This document shows, piece by piece, positions 12,901 through 23,242 of a stretch of DNA of 64,000 nt; position 1 is the first letter of the stretch; every line of letters begins with the position of its first letter. The notes beneath the pieces were generated by a model. That model was given only the letters and a program-made list of their open reading frames with translations. It had not been told where the DNA came from and ran no database searches. Made by a program: the position numbers and the translations under genes. Origin of the DNA: Eukaryota sp. GEM-RC1 (taxonomy: Eukaryota); contig JAUFOQ010000006.1 of the NCBI GenBank assembly GCA_040285855.1, forward strand, positions 868,001 through 932,000. Reading direction: 5' to 3'.

Positions 12901-14646
12901 TCATTTTTGAATGACTCTGATGACGACGCCGCTTCACGTGCTGCTTCATCACTTCTAGACTCTTCTGTCCTAGAGAAATACCAACGTGGTCTCGACCTCA
13001 TGATGGACGGTGTCTTGGACAAACCCGGAAACTCAATGGTCCAAGAAGTAGATCTACTTCCTCCCTCTTTTGTTGAACAGAACATCCCTGAAGACAAGTG
13101 GTCTCAGGCCATGGCTGATGAGTTCAAGGAATATAACACTAAGCTAAAAGAGATGGAACTTGAAAGGAAGAGGGCCTTGAAAGCGTTGGAAACTGAGGTT
13201 AAGAGGATAATGGTGGCTGCCAGGGATTCTGTTAACGAGTTTAATGAACGGTTGCTTGAGTTAAGGCAAGAGAGAGCTACTGTGGAGCATTTGGTAGTTG
13301 ATGCGAAGTTAATGGTTTATAATCTGGAACGGCATTTAAAGAAACAACACAAGGAATCATACTCAGTGGAAAAATTAGAGAAAAATTCAAAATCTGTTAT
13401 TTCTGAGCTTGAGACACTTACGGATGCAAAGTATACTGTAAAGTCCATATTAGAAGAATTGGCTGCTAAGAATGAAGAAATTTCGATAGTTGATAAGAAT
13501 TTGGTTTCAAAAATCAGATCACGTGATTGGCCTGAAGATATGTATTCTGAACTAATGGCTGCTTTCAAGTCACGACCAAAAATCAAATTTGATCGAAAGT
13601 ATTCGACCCTCACTGTGATTGACTTTCCTAAAGCAGCAGTTAATGACCCTAATGAGTGGATCAACTCCATTCTCCCATCTCAAGATGAGTTTTTGGTGAA
13701 ACCCGACGTTGTGGCTGAAGGAATTTGGAATAATTTCATCAATTTAATTAAACGCAAGTACGTGATGGAAAATGAGTCGTTTACCATCAATTATTATATT
13801 GAATTATTTAAAAAATCCATGAATTTAGTAGATGACGAACTCACTGTTCTCAATACGCGGTCTTCTGAAATCAAAAACAGAACCTCCAAAATTTCATCAA
13901 TTTTGAGTTCTCGAAGTACCGACCTTCATATGCTCTTAAGACTGCGACAAGGCCAAGTGGAGCTCACGTCATCGGCTGTGTTTCCTTCGTTTTCAAATGC
14001 TCGAATTATTACTGTTGAATTAATTGAAGATTTAAATTCTCAAATTTTGGCAGCTGGGGAACGGTGTCTCAAAGTCTACACTTTAATCGTAAAGTATGAA
14101 CGAAATATTAAGTTGCTTGAGTGGGAAATTAAAAGATTAGAGTTGGAAAAAGCAGATTTAGAAGCAGAAATTCATGATTTCCAAATGCTGAAAGTTACCA
14201 AGCAAGTGCAATCAGTTTTGACCTCTACTAAGGAAGACAAAGAGTTCAAAGAAGTCGACTCGTTGAAGAAACGTGAGGCCTATATGAAGACTATATTTGA
14301 AAAGAAAAAGGCTGAAAAGAAACGTAAGTGCTCTAAAATACAAAAGGAAATCAGAGATAAGAGAAATGAAAATGAAGCTTTGAATGAGCAGATTTCTAAT
14401 GTAGAGTTGGAACTCAATCAAATGAAGGAGCTAACAGAAGGCTGTAAGTCAACTGAAAACACTGAAATTAACGAGGAAAAGATGCGCAAAATTAGAAATG
14501 TTACGAATTTAAAAGAAATGCTTAAACAAAAGAAGGATGAACTGGCTTTTTGTCGTGTTGAATTTGAACGACTACGACTGAGAACGTATCCTAGTTTTAT
14601 TGCTGATGAGCAGCTTCCACCAGACGCAAAACCAGAGCAATTGTAA
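9907..14646 (+). CDS. CFAP43: Cilia- and flagella-associated protein 43-like (WD40 plus coiled coil)
   Basis: 1579-aa intronless ORF with N-terminal beta-propeller-like region, long C-terminal coiled coil, GLDLMMDGVL, LRLRQGQVE and terminal ERLRLRTYPSF. Confidence 0.8.
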   Translation: MDNSPITSADSLSFGISCRDVFPVNDHILYSTANHLLLRSSTDYTTHRIYTTDSGAISHVTYTSVSNFIAISEHALQDSIHLLLLDNQSAECLHHFPIHSSSNVSSLSFSSDGDLLFVLTCRPDAQILVYSVCSGSLLTTFSLPNVLLPDSTSFSISNFINNAIAINPSNPFLFSLSSLKSVRLFKFFNGVNNHWIKPFHTDKPSNMFPACSCWITSSLLLIGCKKGKILFFNVEKAAFGEAEVELMEGEYVTCFERVDDAIMAGTSSGRVGQLFVGDLGSIEFDWFHECKSMVTSIKGSQSRFTVIDLRGSLALFKMGQHSEKELEFESFGYCLSGTSMVVGDFFAGVVFSQNERQEISRIQSNSKISMILDECFTIDTFSTLRLTWFDTFSNQWISRGTLALKDEIICAVKISQSDFLIGCKSGVIYHGQVDNNFSLTIINEWKLAAIPVTILTVSHSRGYLAALFSNGFKHQLHFFNLDFDRMELLQFVGRYELDCEPVSFDFSRKIGDDNVLIVCLSNGDVIRLIVPGYTPQLSSIIDEASERQHFDLIATQLNQSTIHLLYPPTFVLSTGRSTRNGYNDLLLIATGDGGVDCYETPIKMMVDSDSLTTKSWSLIKDDNCCVCYMKIFEPYLVTVKFNGRCEIFKIDRDFKSCEKVTQHDCFNLNFANPPEFLYLSEWFSLTFAFSLCGNLSFFKLPPNLNIPKPNFTETPRFSGVIPTQTPYTKLTFGQSIINRNQSNLMEKIESNKSKTRKELEQFRKRFQLLLDENQSLDPDFQLDAEEFIVDQNHADELKSLRDSRSQFIRKEIEKQLLTDKLLFSRIKFKYHDVFDPCLEFLSSFPSIGINFSNFPILKSESSLIDYNAIKSHKKSFGESKRQSPSFFEKLWNISNVDSIAYLFPQHMLTSPELIHIQTQLLLDISLCCRQNFNSLFSNLFKEKRKIIGILSGYIDRLNEITRDSCCTLSTFVTQSDLDFLSLLQQNSLEITDSNDLLQSFLNDSDDDAASRAASSLLDSSVLEKYQRGLDLMMDGVLDKPGNSMVQEVDLLPPSFVEQNIPEDKWSQAMADEFKEYNTKLKEMELERKRALKALETEVKRIMVAARDSVNEFNERLLELRQERATVEHLVVDAKLMVYNLERHLKKQHKESYSVEKLEKNSKSVISELETLTDAKYTVKSILEELAAKNEEISIVDKNLVSKIRSRDWPEDMYSELMAAFKSRPKIKFDRKYSTLTVIDFPKAAVNDPNEWINSILPSQDEFLVKPDVVAEGIWNNFINLIKRKYVMENESFTINYYIELFKKSMNLVDDELTVLNTRSSEIKNRTSKISSILSSRSTDLHMLLRLRQGQVELTSSAVFPSFSNARIITVELIEDLNSQILAAGERCLKVYTLIVKYERNIKLLEWEIKRLELEKADLEAEIHDFQMLKVTKQVQSVLTSTKEDKEFKEVDSLKKREAYMKTIFEKKKAEKKRKCSKIQKEIRDKRNENEALNEQISNVELELNQMKELTEGCKSTENTEINEEKMRKIRNVTNLKEMLKQKKDELAFCRVEFERLRLRTYPSFIADEQLPPDAKPEQL

Positions 14647-14727
14647 AGTATTTCTAGTATTTGCCATTTTACTGTTTTTTCAAAATTTCAGTGTAATTTA
14701 TAAAATTTGTACTTTACTCTATACATA

Positions 14728-15378
14728 TCGTCGGGGTCCCAATACAAGCAACCTTAAATATTATACAAGCATACCCTTTACTATGCTTGTATTGGAACCT
14801 GCTTGTATTAGGGTCCTTTAAAGCTCTCTTTTGTATATATTAACTTTTTATCATTACAAAATCACCAACATTGGAATGGATACTTAAAAAAACGTCAATC
14901 AGTTATTATTTTTATGTGCTGATAACTCCTAACAGACAGGTAGATCAATCGAATCAACACAAACATCAAAATATGACACGTCTACAGTTTCTTGGTCAAA
15001 CAAGGTTTTCGTAAATCTCGTAAATTGTCGACCACCGTTAAATCAAACGCTTCCCTAAAGCTAGTGTCCATAGAACAAATATAATTGCAGTCAAAATCGA
15101 GAAACTTCATTGTATCATTGTTTCCTAGAAGTTTAGCTATTCTTGTGCTACAGACTTGTCCTTCAGGTGTTCGATTCTATTTACACATTATACAAGCTAT
15201 GGTTTTTTGCAACTAGTTAATGAAATCTATGAAAAATTCCAATATGAGTCTCTGCAGTTTTATTTATATAGATCAGTATTGTTTAAAAAAGAAATATGTG
15301 AGTTGTGGTGTGAAACAATACAAGCATATCCTCTACTATGCTTGTATTAGGACCTTGCTTGTATTGGGACCCCGACGA
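14728..15378. mobile_element. TA-flanked MITE (Tc1/mariner superfamily-like)
   Basis: TIR TCGTCGGGGTCCCAATACAAGCAA / TTGCTTGTATTGGGACCCCGACGA with TA on both sides; internal ATACAAGCA/TGCTTGTATT repeats; no transposase. Confidence 0.88.
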
Positions 15379-15801
15379 TATATCAAGAGTTTATTTGCAA
15401 CAATAAATTAATACGTACTAATTCAGAAAAACGAAGAAGTTTATTTCTCCACATCAACACGAGAATTTTGGCTTAACAACTTCGAATAAATGGAACTTAA
15501 ATACTTGCGAATGTTTCTAAAAAGAGCAAACATCATTCGATTAATTCATACAGCAGCATCATTAAAAACCTGATCGATAGAACATTATATATTAATATTA
15601 TTTGTTCATCTCCACATAATTTGTGAACACCCGTGTAATTGTCTATGTTTGTGGTTTCATCAGAGTTTAAGAATTTTTAAATATTCAACACTACTGATCC
15701 AAGCTTTTACTGACTGAAAATGTAATTGAGTGTTCTTCAGAAAACTGTCTTTTGTTTCAGGAATGAATTTATTGATCAATACTTAAACAAAGAAATGAAT
15801 G

Positions 15802-17324
15802 TTATGGTACCATTATCCCTAATATTTGAACTTCCCTGTTGTAAATTGACACATCTGCCAAAGCTCTAGCACCTTCTACACCAATAATACATGAACAAAA
15901 ATTAATACTTATTACTGTCCTATTCACTTTCAACGCCTCGGCCAATGCTTTAGCACCTTCAGCTCCAATAGAGTTTTCACTTAGATCAACATTTGTAATT
16001 GAAGTATTCACTTTCAACGCATCTGCCAATGCTTTAGCACCTTGAGCTCCAATTGCATTTCCAAACAGGTTAACATTTGTAACCGTACGATTAACTATCA
16101 ATACTTCTGCCAATGCTTTAGCACCTTCATCCCCAATAACGTTTCTAAATAGATTGACAAATGTTACTGTAGTATTCATTTTCAACGCCTCTGACAATGA
16201 CCTAGAACCTTCAGCTCCGATAGAGTTAAGGCCAAGGTTGACACATCTAACTGCAGAATTAGACTTTAACATATTTGCCAATGCTCTAGCACCTTCAGCT
16301 CCAATATTGCTTTGGCCAAGGTTCACACTTGTAACCGTATTATTAAGTACTAACACATCAGACAACGCTTCCGTGCCTTCATCTCCAATAGGGTTGTCTT
16401 CTAAGTCAATACTTGTGACTGTAGTATTAACTTTTAAAGCATCTGCTAATAGTATAGCACCTTCAGGCCCAATGCCGTTTCCAAGAAGATTGAGATGTGT
16501 TGTAGTGGTATTAACTTTTAACGCCTCTGCCAAAGCTCTAGCACCTTCATCTTCTATATAATTGTAACTTAGATCAATACTTGTAACAGTAGTATTAACT
16601 TTTAACGTATCTGCCAAAGCTCTAGCACCTTCATCTTCAATAGAGTTGTCATTAAGTTCAATACTAGAAACAGTAGTATTAACTTTTAACGCATCTGCCA
16701 ATTTTTTGGCACCGGCATCTCCAATACAGTTTTCTTCTAGATTAACACCGGTAACAGTAGTATTAACTTTCAGCAATTCTATCAATGACATAGAAACAGA
16801 ATAATGACCACGCACGTGAAGTTGTTGAAGACGTGGAAAGAAATCAGAAGAATTGTTAAGAAACTCCAAGTCATTGTGGCGGTCCAATGTTATATACAAC
16901 CCTCTAATTAAATTTGAAATATTGAGACACTCATAAACATCAAAGACTCCGTCTACCGTCAAGAAAACAGACTGTAACTCTGCTCCAAAAAAAGAAACAA
17001 ATGAACAGAGTTGGGGTAGGTCCTTAAGTTCTACTGGAAAGGAATGTGTTTGGAAAAAACCTTAACTGCAAGAAGAACAGTCTCATGGAAACGACGGCTC
17101 ACACTGCCAAATTTCTCAAAGAAAGGAGGTAATTCTCTCTTCAAACTGAGGAAAGGACGTCGAGGGTAGGAATGATTCACAGTGAGAGAAGAACGAAAGA
17201 TACGTCTTAACAAACGAAGATATATCGAAATCAGTAAGGATTGTTGAAAACGTAAGTGATGTTCCCTTTGTTTAGGATCTTTCGTGATAGAAAGATACGG
17301 AGCTGGAGGAGGAACACATAGCAT
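15802..17324 (-). CDS. Ribonuclease-inhibitor-type (NLRC3-like) leucine-rich-repeat protein
   Basis: About eleven 28-aa repeats (LxxNxIGxEGAxALAxALKVNTTVTxI). ORFs 17031-17324 and 15802-16962 join by one base at the A6 run 17054-17059, restoring QTHSFPVELKDLPQLC as in the neighbouring paralogue. Confidence 0.85.
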
Positions 17325-17942
17325 GAGAAGGTGGATGAATAGTGGTACTACCCATCAAATTTTGACAGGACGCTTTGATCAACCTAGACCTCTCTTTTGA
17401 CACTTTAATCAATCATTTCGCATCTTGATTTAAATACCTGTAAATAGTTGAAGTTCATGTTGTGTGTTTCTGTTTGGCTTAACAAGCAAAATATGACTAT
17501 GTCTACCTATCCCATGTTCACAATGTAACCTTTCAACTACGTATGAGTCAAGAAATCCTATGAAAGAAAGACTTCAATTGCTTCAAAAACAAAAGTTATT
17601 TTAGTTTGTCTTAAATTGTTTTGTACAGACAAACCGATCTGATGTTGAATTTATACACATATTTTTCTCTCTGTTTAGGGACTTAATACTGATGCCCTTA
17701 TTCCACGATTACAGCTCAATTATAACAATCTGTTGCCTAGATGGGTTGACATAAGGGTAACAAGGCAATTTACTAGTGTTTTATGAACAGAAACTGTATA
17801 CTTCAACACTGCCACATCACAACACCTGTGGCAAACATTAGTCTACGGTCGGTAATCCTTTGGTTGAAGAAATTTGTCCTACAGTTTGCGTCACTTTATT
17901 AAACATTAACATCATGTCAATTACTTTCCATAGCTGAATCAG

Positions 17943-19027
17943 TTATGAGTGTCCATTAAGTTGATCTATTCCCTCAATTTCAACTGTATCATTATCCTTT
18001 AATGCATCTACCAAAGCTCTAGCACCTTCATCTCCAATGTAATTGTAGTCCAGATTAATACTTGTAACTGTATCATTAACCTTTAATGCCTCTGCCAAAG
18101 CTCTAGCACCCTCATGTCCAATAGAGTTGCACCCCAAATTTAAACAAGTAAGTGTAGCATTAACCTTTAACATGTCTGCCAAAGCTGTAGCACCTTCATC
18201 TCCAATAGAATTGATATACAAATTAAGACTGGTAACCGTAGCATTTCAACGTATTTGCTAAAGCTTTAGCACCTTCAGCTCCAATACAGTTGTCCTCCAG
18301 ATCAACATCTTTAACAGTGGCATTAACTTTCAAGACATCTGCCAGGGCTTTGGCACCATCATCTCCAATACAGTTTTCTTGTAACAGTAGTATTGACTTT
18401 CAGCATTTCTATCAATGTCATAGAAATAGAACGATTAACACGCACATGAAGTTGCTTAAGACGTGGAAAGATCACGGACGACATGTTGAGAAATTCCAAG
18501 TCATTGTGATTTCTCAAAGTCACCTTCAATCCGGAAATTATACGGGAATAAGATAGAAATTCTTTAAGATTAAAGACTCTGTCTACCGTCAAGAAAACAG
18601 AGTGTAACTTTGCTCCAAAGAAGGGAGCAAATAAACAGAGTTGAGGAAGGTCTTTAAGTTCTACTGGAAACATATGTGTTTGGATCACTAGATTAACTGC
18701 AAGAAGTGCAGACTCAAAGAAACGATTACTAACATAGCCAACGTTCCTAAAGGGAGTAAACAATTCTTTCTTCAAATCAACGTGGGACTGTTGATTCCAT
18801 TTACAAGTATTCGTTAAGAACTTATTGAGATAATGAAGATGTATCAAAACTAGCAATGACTGTGGAACACGCAAGACAATGGAAGCAGATTGGAAAGAAG
18901 AGCATGAGTCAGTCAATGTATCAGAGCTAGATTTTTGAGATGAGATATTAGATGAGAATCCAACAACATCAGTAGTTGAAGCACAATAATCCAATGAACG
19001 ATTTGACAGAAGTTCAGAGTGAGACAT
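17943..19027 (-). pseudogene. Tandem paralogous RI-type LRR gene with frameshifting deletions
   Basis: Shares the FPVELKDLPQLC...HNDLEFLN...FPRLKQLHVR N-domain. Non-homopolymer deletions near 18380 and 18245 break repeats. Confidence 0.75.
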
Positions 19028-20317
19028 GCTTCTAGTTGTGCTATTGAAAACAGATTAAATCAAAACGACTAGGAGTCTTCAACAAAACAGTTTTTCTGAT
19101 TGGGTTTTTGTGATGATTTTGTTGATGTAACAAAAACTTCCTTATGAAATGTCAGAGCTTTTTACTATCACGAGTGTCCAAAGTTTGGAGTCCAGAACAG
19201 ATCTAATTATAAATTGAACCTTAAATTAATTTCTGTAACGATCTGACACCGTAGATTAAATTTGTAATGTTCAAAGTACCGAAAATTATTCCTAGTCGGC
19301 TATGATCAGATTATATTGGATTTTTGCAGGGTGTTTGAATAGACATTTTTATTGAAGTGGTTCTATTGCGAATACTACTACAATCTTCACAACAATTAAT
19401 CAGAATTCGTAATTTGTTCAGACTAATTCTTGTGAAGAGTGTAGTAGTACGAATAGTGTAAGTTTTATCGTTTTCCAAATCTTTTACTCAAAATGATGAC
19501 GTTCTCAAAATGTTCTCAAAAGAAGTTCTCAAAAGATGCAACAAAATTGTCTTGAAGGTAAAATTGATCTTGTATAAAATGACTAAACACCCCAGTAATC
19601 ATAATAACTTGTTGGTTTTCAATCCACGCTTTTCTTTCTGAATCACTGTTCATTTTGAGAGATTCATTCTCGTTCTGTCTCTGATCATCCAACTCCTCTG
19701 TAAGTGTCTCTGCAGGGAATTGATCAATTTGTCTAGTTTCAATATCAAAAACAATATTGAACAACAATCAGAGTCATTTGGTAATTGGCAATGTTTGTGA
19801 AACTCAACCATTGGTGTTTTACAGGAGGTTTTAAACTCTTTGTCGCATTTAATATTCCACTTGCTTTTGGTTTGGTGGTCGTGCTTTTGGCAACTGTTGT
19901 CTTACTATTACCAGTTATTGCTGTTGTTTCAGTTGAGTTTGAAGGGCATCTTCATCATATGTTATTTCTTCTATTAAGTGGTGATTTTATTCATATGTAA
20001 CACAACATTTTCAGACATCCTTCCTTCCTTACTTGCAAAACCAATCATTAGTCCAATGCACTTTTTGATCCTTGAAAATGACTAAATCCTTTAACAACAG
20101 CAATGGCTTCCATTTCATTTAATAAACTACCTGCCAATTTTTCAGAATAGTCTTGAATTGACCCCCATGTATCTACAAAACATCTTTTGGCACATGTCAA
20201 TTGTTCATCACATGGTTTGAAATTTTGGATCAAGAAATATCTGCAAGGAAACTTGGATAACAGGTTGAACGGGAACTCATTGATTCCATTCAGTAATTAT
20301 CGGTCCAGCAGAAATCT

Positions 20318-21842
20318 GTGAATTCCAAATATCAACAAATTACCGCAGATGCTGCCACAATACGTGATAAGTTCCCTGAACTTGATATTGATCCAATGAA
20401 AAACCCAAATGAGGTGGTTGCTTTCTTACAAGAAAAAATCTCCAGAAATCTGCCAGAGCCTGCAAGAAAATTGGGGGAAAAAGGCAGCAAAGCAATGATA
20501 AAACGTAGCAATTATACACTTTAATAAAAAGGAATTTTAATTCAATTCTAAAAAAGTGATAAACTCTCTACTAAAATCAGTTCGTGTGCATCCTCAATCC
20601 TTTATTAAATCTGCTATTCAAATAAAGAACTATCTTGAAAGTGAAGGAGCAAGTATTTACAATGTAAGCACACCAGGTTTCTTTGAAATAGACACACAAG
20701 ATCTTTTGGGGGATATTACGTTCCACTTTGTCAATACAACAAGTGAAAGCGAAGAAAGAACTATCTGAGTGGAATACGATAGCAGAAACTCAAAAATGTC
20801 TGCTCAAGAACAAAATCAATTCTGATCGTACTTTTTCAACTTTAATCATTCATTTAAAAAGAAAGGTTATAAGTTTAACAATTCTATTAAAACTGATTGT
20901 TTCTCTGCTTGTGTTGAACTTACTAGAGAGGACTGTGTGGGAATGTCATTTAAACCAGATAGTGCAAAATTCTCTAGTAAAGAAGAATATGTTCAAGACT
21001 ATGATGTTGAAGAGTTTTCATTGACCCTGGAAAAACAGATTTACTCTATTTTTGTTCAGAGAAAATAAATAGATCATTTCCTGAAGAAAAAGCCCGAGAA
21101 AGAAGAGACAAGGAATACGAGTGGCTAAGATTGACAGAGACAGAATGGTCCAGATGGTCAAGGGTTCATCAAAAGTTTAGAAGGGGAAAGAAAAAAGAAT
21201 TCAATCTCCAAGATGGAAAAACAGTTGAACAAGAAGAGTCAACATTATCCAAAGAAAATTCGAAATCCACTCTTTATGAAACCTTCTATGAATATGTGAG
21301 AGTTCCAAGCTTAAAGTTATTGAATCAACATTTGATTACTACTGTTTGATGATATGACGCATTCAAAAACGCAAAGATACGTCCATATTCAAAAACAGAA
21401 AGTAAGTTGTTCAAAAATATGACTGAATAAGGATGGAATGGCAATGACAGTGCATTGATGTTTGGTGACAATGGTAATAAGAGGCAGAACCTAAAACACC
21501 TCATATCAAGTAGAGGTGTTGGTTGGAGAAAACTTCTTTAAGAGAAATGGTTACAACATTGTTCTTGTAGATGAAAGTTGCACGTCTTCAAAGTGTCCTA
21601 CTTGTTGGGGGACAGTTAAAGTGTTCAAAAAAAATCAGTAATCCAAAACCATGGAAAAGACAGAAGGAACCTCTGGTAAAGTGTCAAGCTTTGTTGAGAT
21701 AAAGTCCCAAGAATGTAGAGAAGAATGTAACGGTGACACCAAGATTTGGAATCGTAACAAGTTGGCATGTATCAACATCAAGACCATTGTGGAGCATCAT
21801 TTGGAGCGGGATCTAGGAGTTAGACCCAGTTATTTGTCATAG
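20318..21842 (+). pseudogene. Degenerate Fanzor1 (TnpB-like RuvC RNA-guided nuclease)
   Basis: Ordered motifs across frameshifts: HPQSFIKSAIQIKNYLESEG..FEIDT; FFNFNHSFKKKGYKFNNSIKTD; IDPGKTDLLY (21020); MFGD; GVGWRK; LVDESCTSSKCPTC (21564-21605); NPKPWKR; CQALLR; WNRNKLACINI (21747); RPSYLS*. 5' boundary approximate. Confidence 0.88.
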
Positions 21843-21895
21843 TCATGGTCATAGCCTTTATTTGAATCTTCGTATTCATAAGTCTTTCACATAAA

Positions 21896-22714
21896 ATGCT
21901 GACGACACGTCTTGCTTCATTCTTTCTATGTCTTATCATACTACTTCCTTCTGTTTTCTGTACACTTACCTGGAGTGATTTTCAATGGTCACCCACCAGT
22001 TCTCAATCCATGATTCTTCCTGGACCGAATCTTTATTCATCAAACAAGACTTTCTCCGATGAGCTTGGATTTCTACATCTCAAGGTTCATCAAAAGACAG
22101 TATATGGTATTGCTCCCAACTTACTCTTTCATCAAATCTAGGTTTCGGCACTTACTCCTTTGAACTGGAGACAGGATTCCAAACCATGGACGAGAACCTT
22201 GTTCTAAGTCTCGGTCTTTCTACTGATAACGATGAATCTTTTGGCTTGGAGTTTTCCCATAACACATCTGACTCCAACAGCAGATACCTAGTCCATTCCC
22301 CCTGATGACGTACACCATCCCTTCTTCACCCCAAATCAGTCTAAAGCCTTTGTTCACTCCTTTTCTTGGTACCCAGATCGAATAGAGTTTTCCTCAGCAG
22401 TTGGTACTCTTAGTGATAACGAAGTTTTCTACACGTGGGAATACAATGATGTGCAGTTTAACAATCCCTATGCTGATCTTGTTCTGACTTTCTGGTTAAA
22501 GGATGGTATGGAACCTGCTGATGGACAGGGTAAGGAGGTTATCATCCGATTCTTTACTTTCTCTTCTCATTCAATCATTCATTGGGAATACGTGATTGTG
22601 TTTGGTTTGATTGCAGTTTTTGGCACGGGATTTATTGTATATGATTTCCAAAAGAAACGATATGCTCATCAACGATTGCGTGATTCTAGTTCTTTCCAAA
22701 TGAATACGTTATAG
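21896..22714 (+). CDS. Type I membrane protein with bacterial-type GH16-like domain, catalytic motif degenerate
   Basis: Signal peptide; PGPNLYS, GFLHLKV, WYCSQL, GFGTYSF, DENLVLSL, ESFGLEFS, HSFSWYPDRIEF, FWLKDGMEPADGQGKEVII; C-terminal TM helix and short tail. Needs single-base corrections at A4 22092-22095 and C5 22298-22302. Confidence 0.7.
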
Positions 22715-23242
22715 TTATTGTTTATTTGTTTTTTCAGGTTATGACAACGTTTCTTTCTTATTGTGAATATTTGTATGTGTATTTTATTCAAATATTTGTA
22801 ATTCTGTACAAAATATAAAATGTATCTGTTTGAAATTTGATTGGCGATTAACAAATTATCGACTTGGTGATTGTTACACTAACTGAAAGAAATTCTGTAT
22901 TTCCCCTAAGTACAGTCAAGGAGTTTTGTGGTAACTACTTTTCGGAATTAGGAAGTTCGTTTGACAATTTGTTTTAATAGTCTTTATTTATTTGTCGTTT
23001 TCTTGTTGTGTGTTTTTCTCCGCACATAAATCCACTGTTTGATGTCTGGAAACAACTGATAATTTGGTTAGAGTTTTGAAGTACTGAATTGAAGCTAATT
23101 AGTGATAACTTTAGTCCATCGGATGAGGAGGAGTCCATCCTCATATATCTCCTGGACAACTTGTACTTGTTACTGTACAGCATGCTTCTATTTTGGGTAA
23201 TTATTACATGAAGATTTTCTGAACAACAGTTTCTGAAAATCT

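Noticed and set aside
14641..14650. TGTAAA overlapping the CFAP43 stop as a metamonad-type polyadenylation signal
   Set aside because: It is seen near a few gene ends but not consistently, and is too short to support in AT-rich DNA.
20800..21450. Stop-codon reassignment (TGA at a likely Trp position in the Fanzor relic)
   Set aside because: Long intact genes use TGG for Trp and end in TAA, TAG or TGA; in-frame stops are confined to decayed elements.
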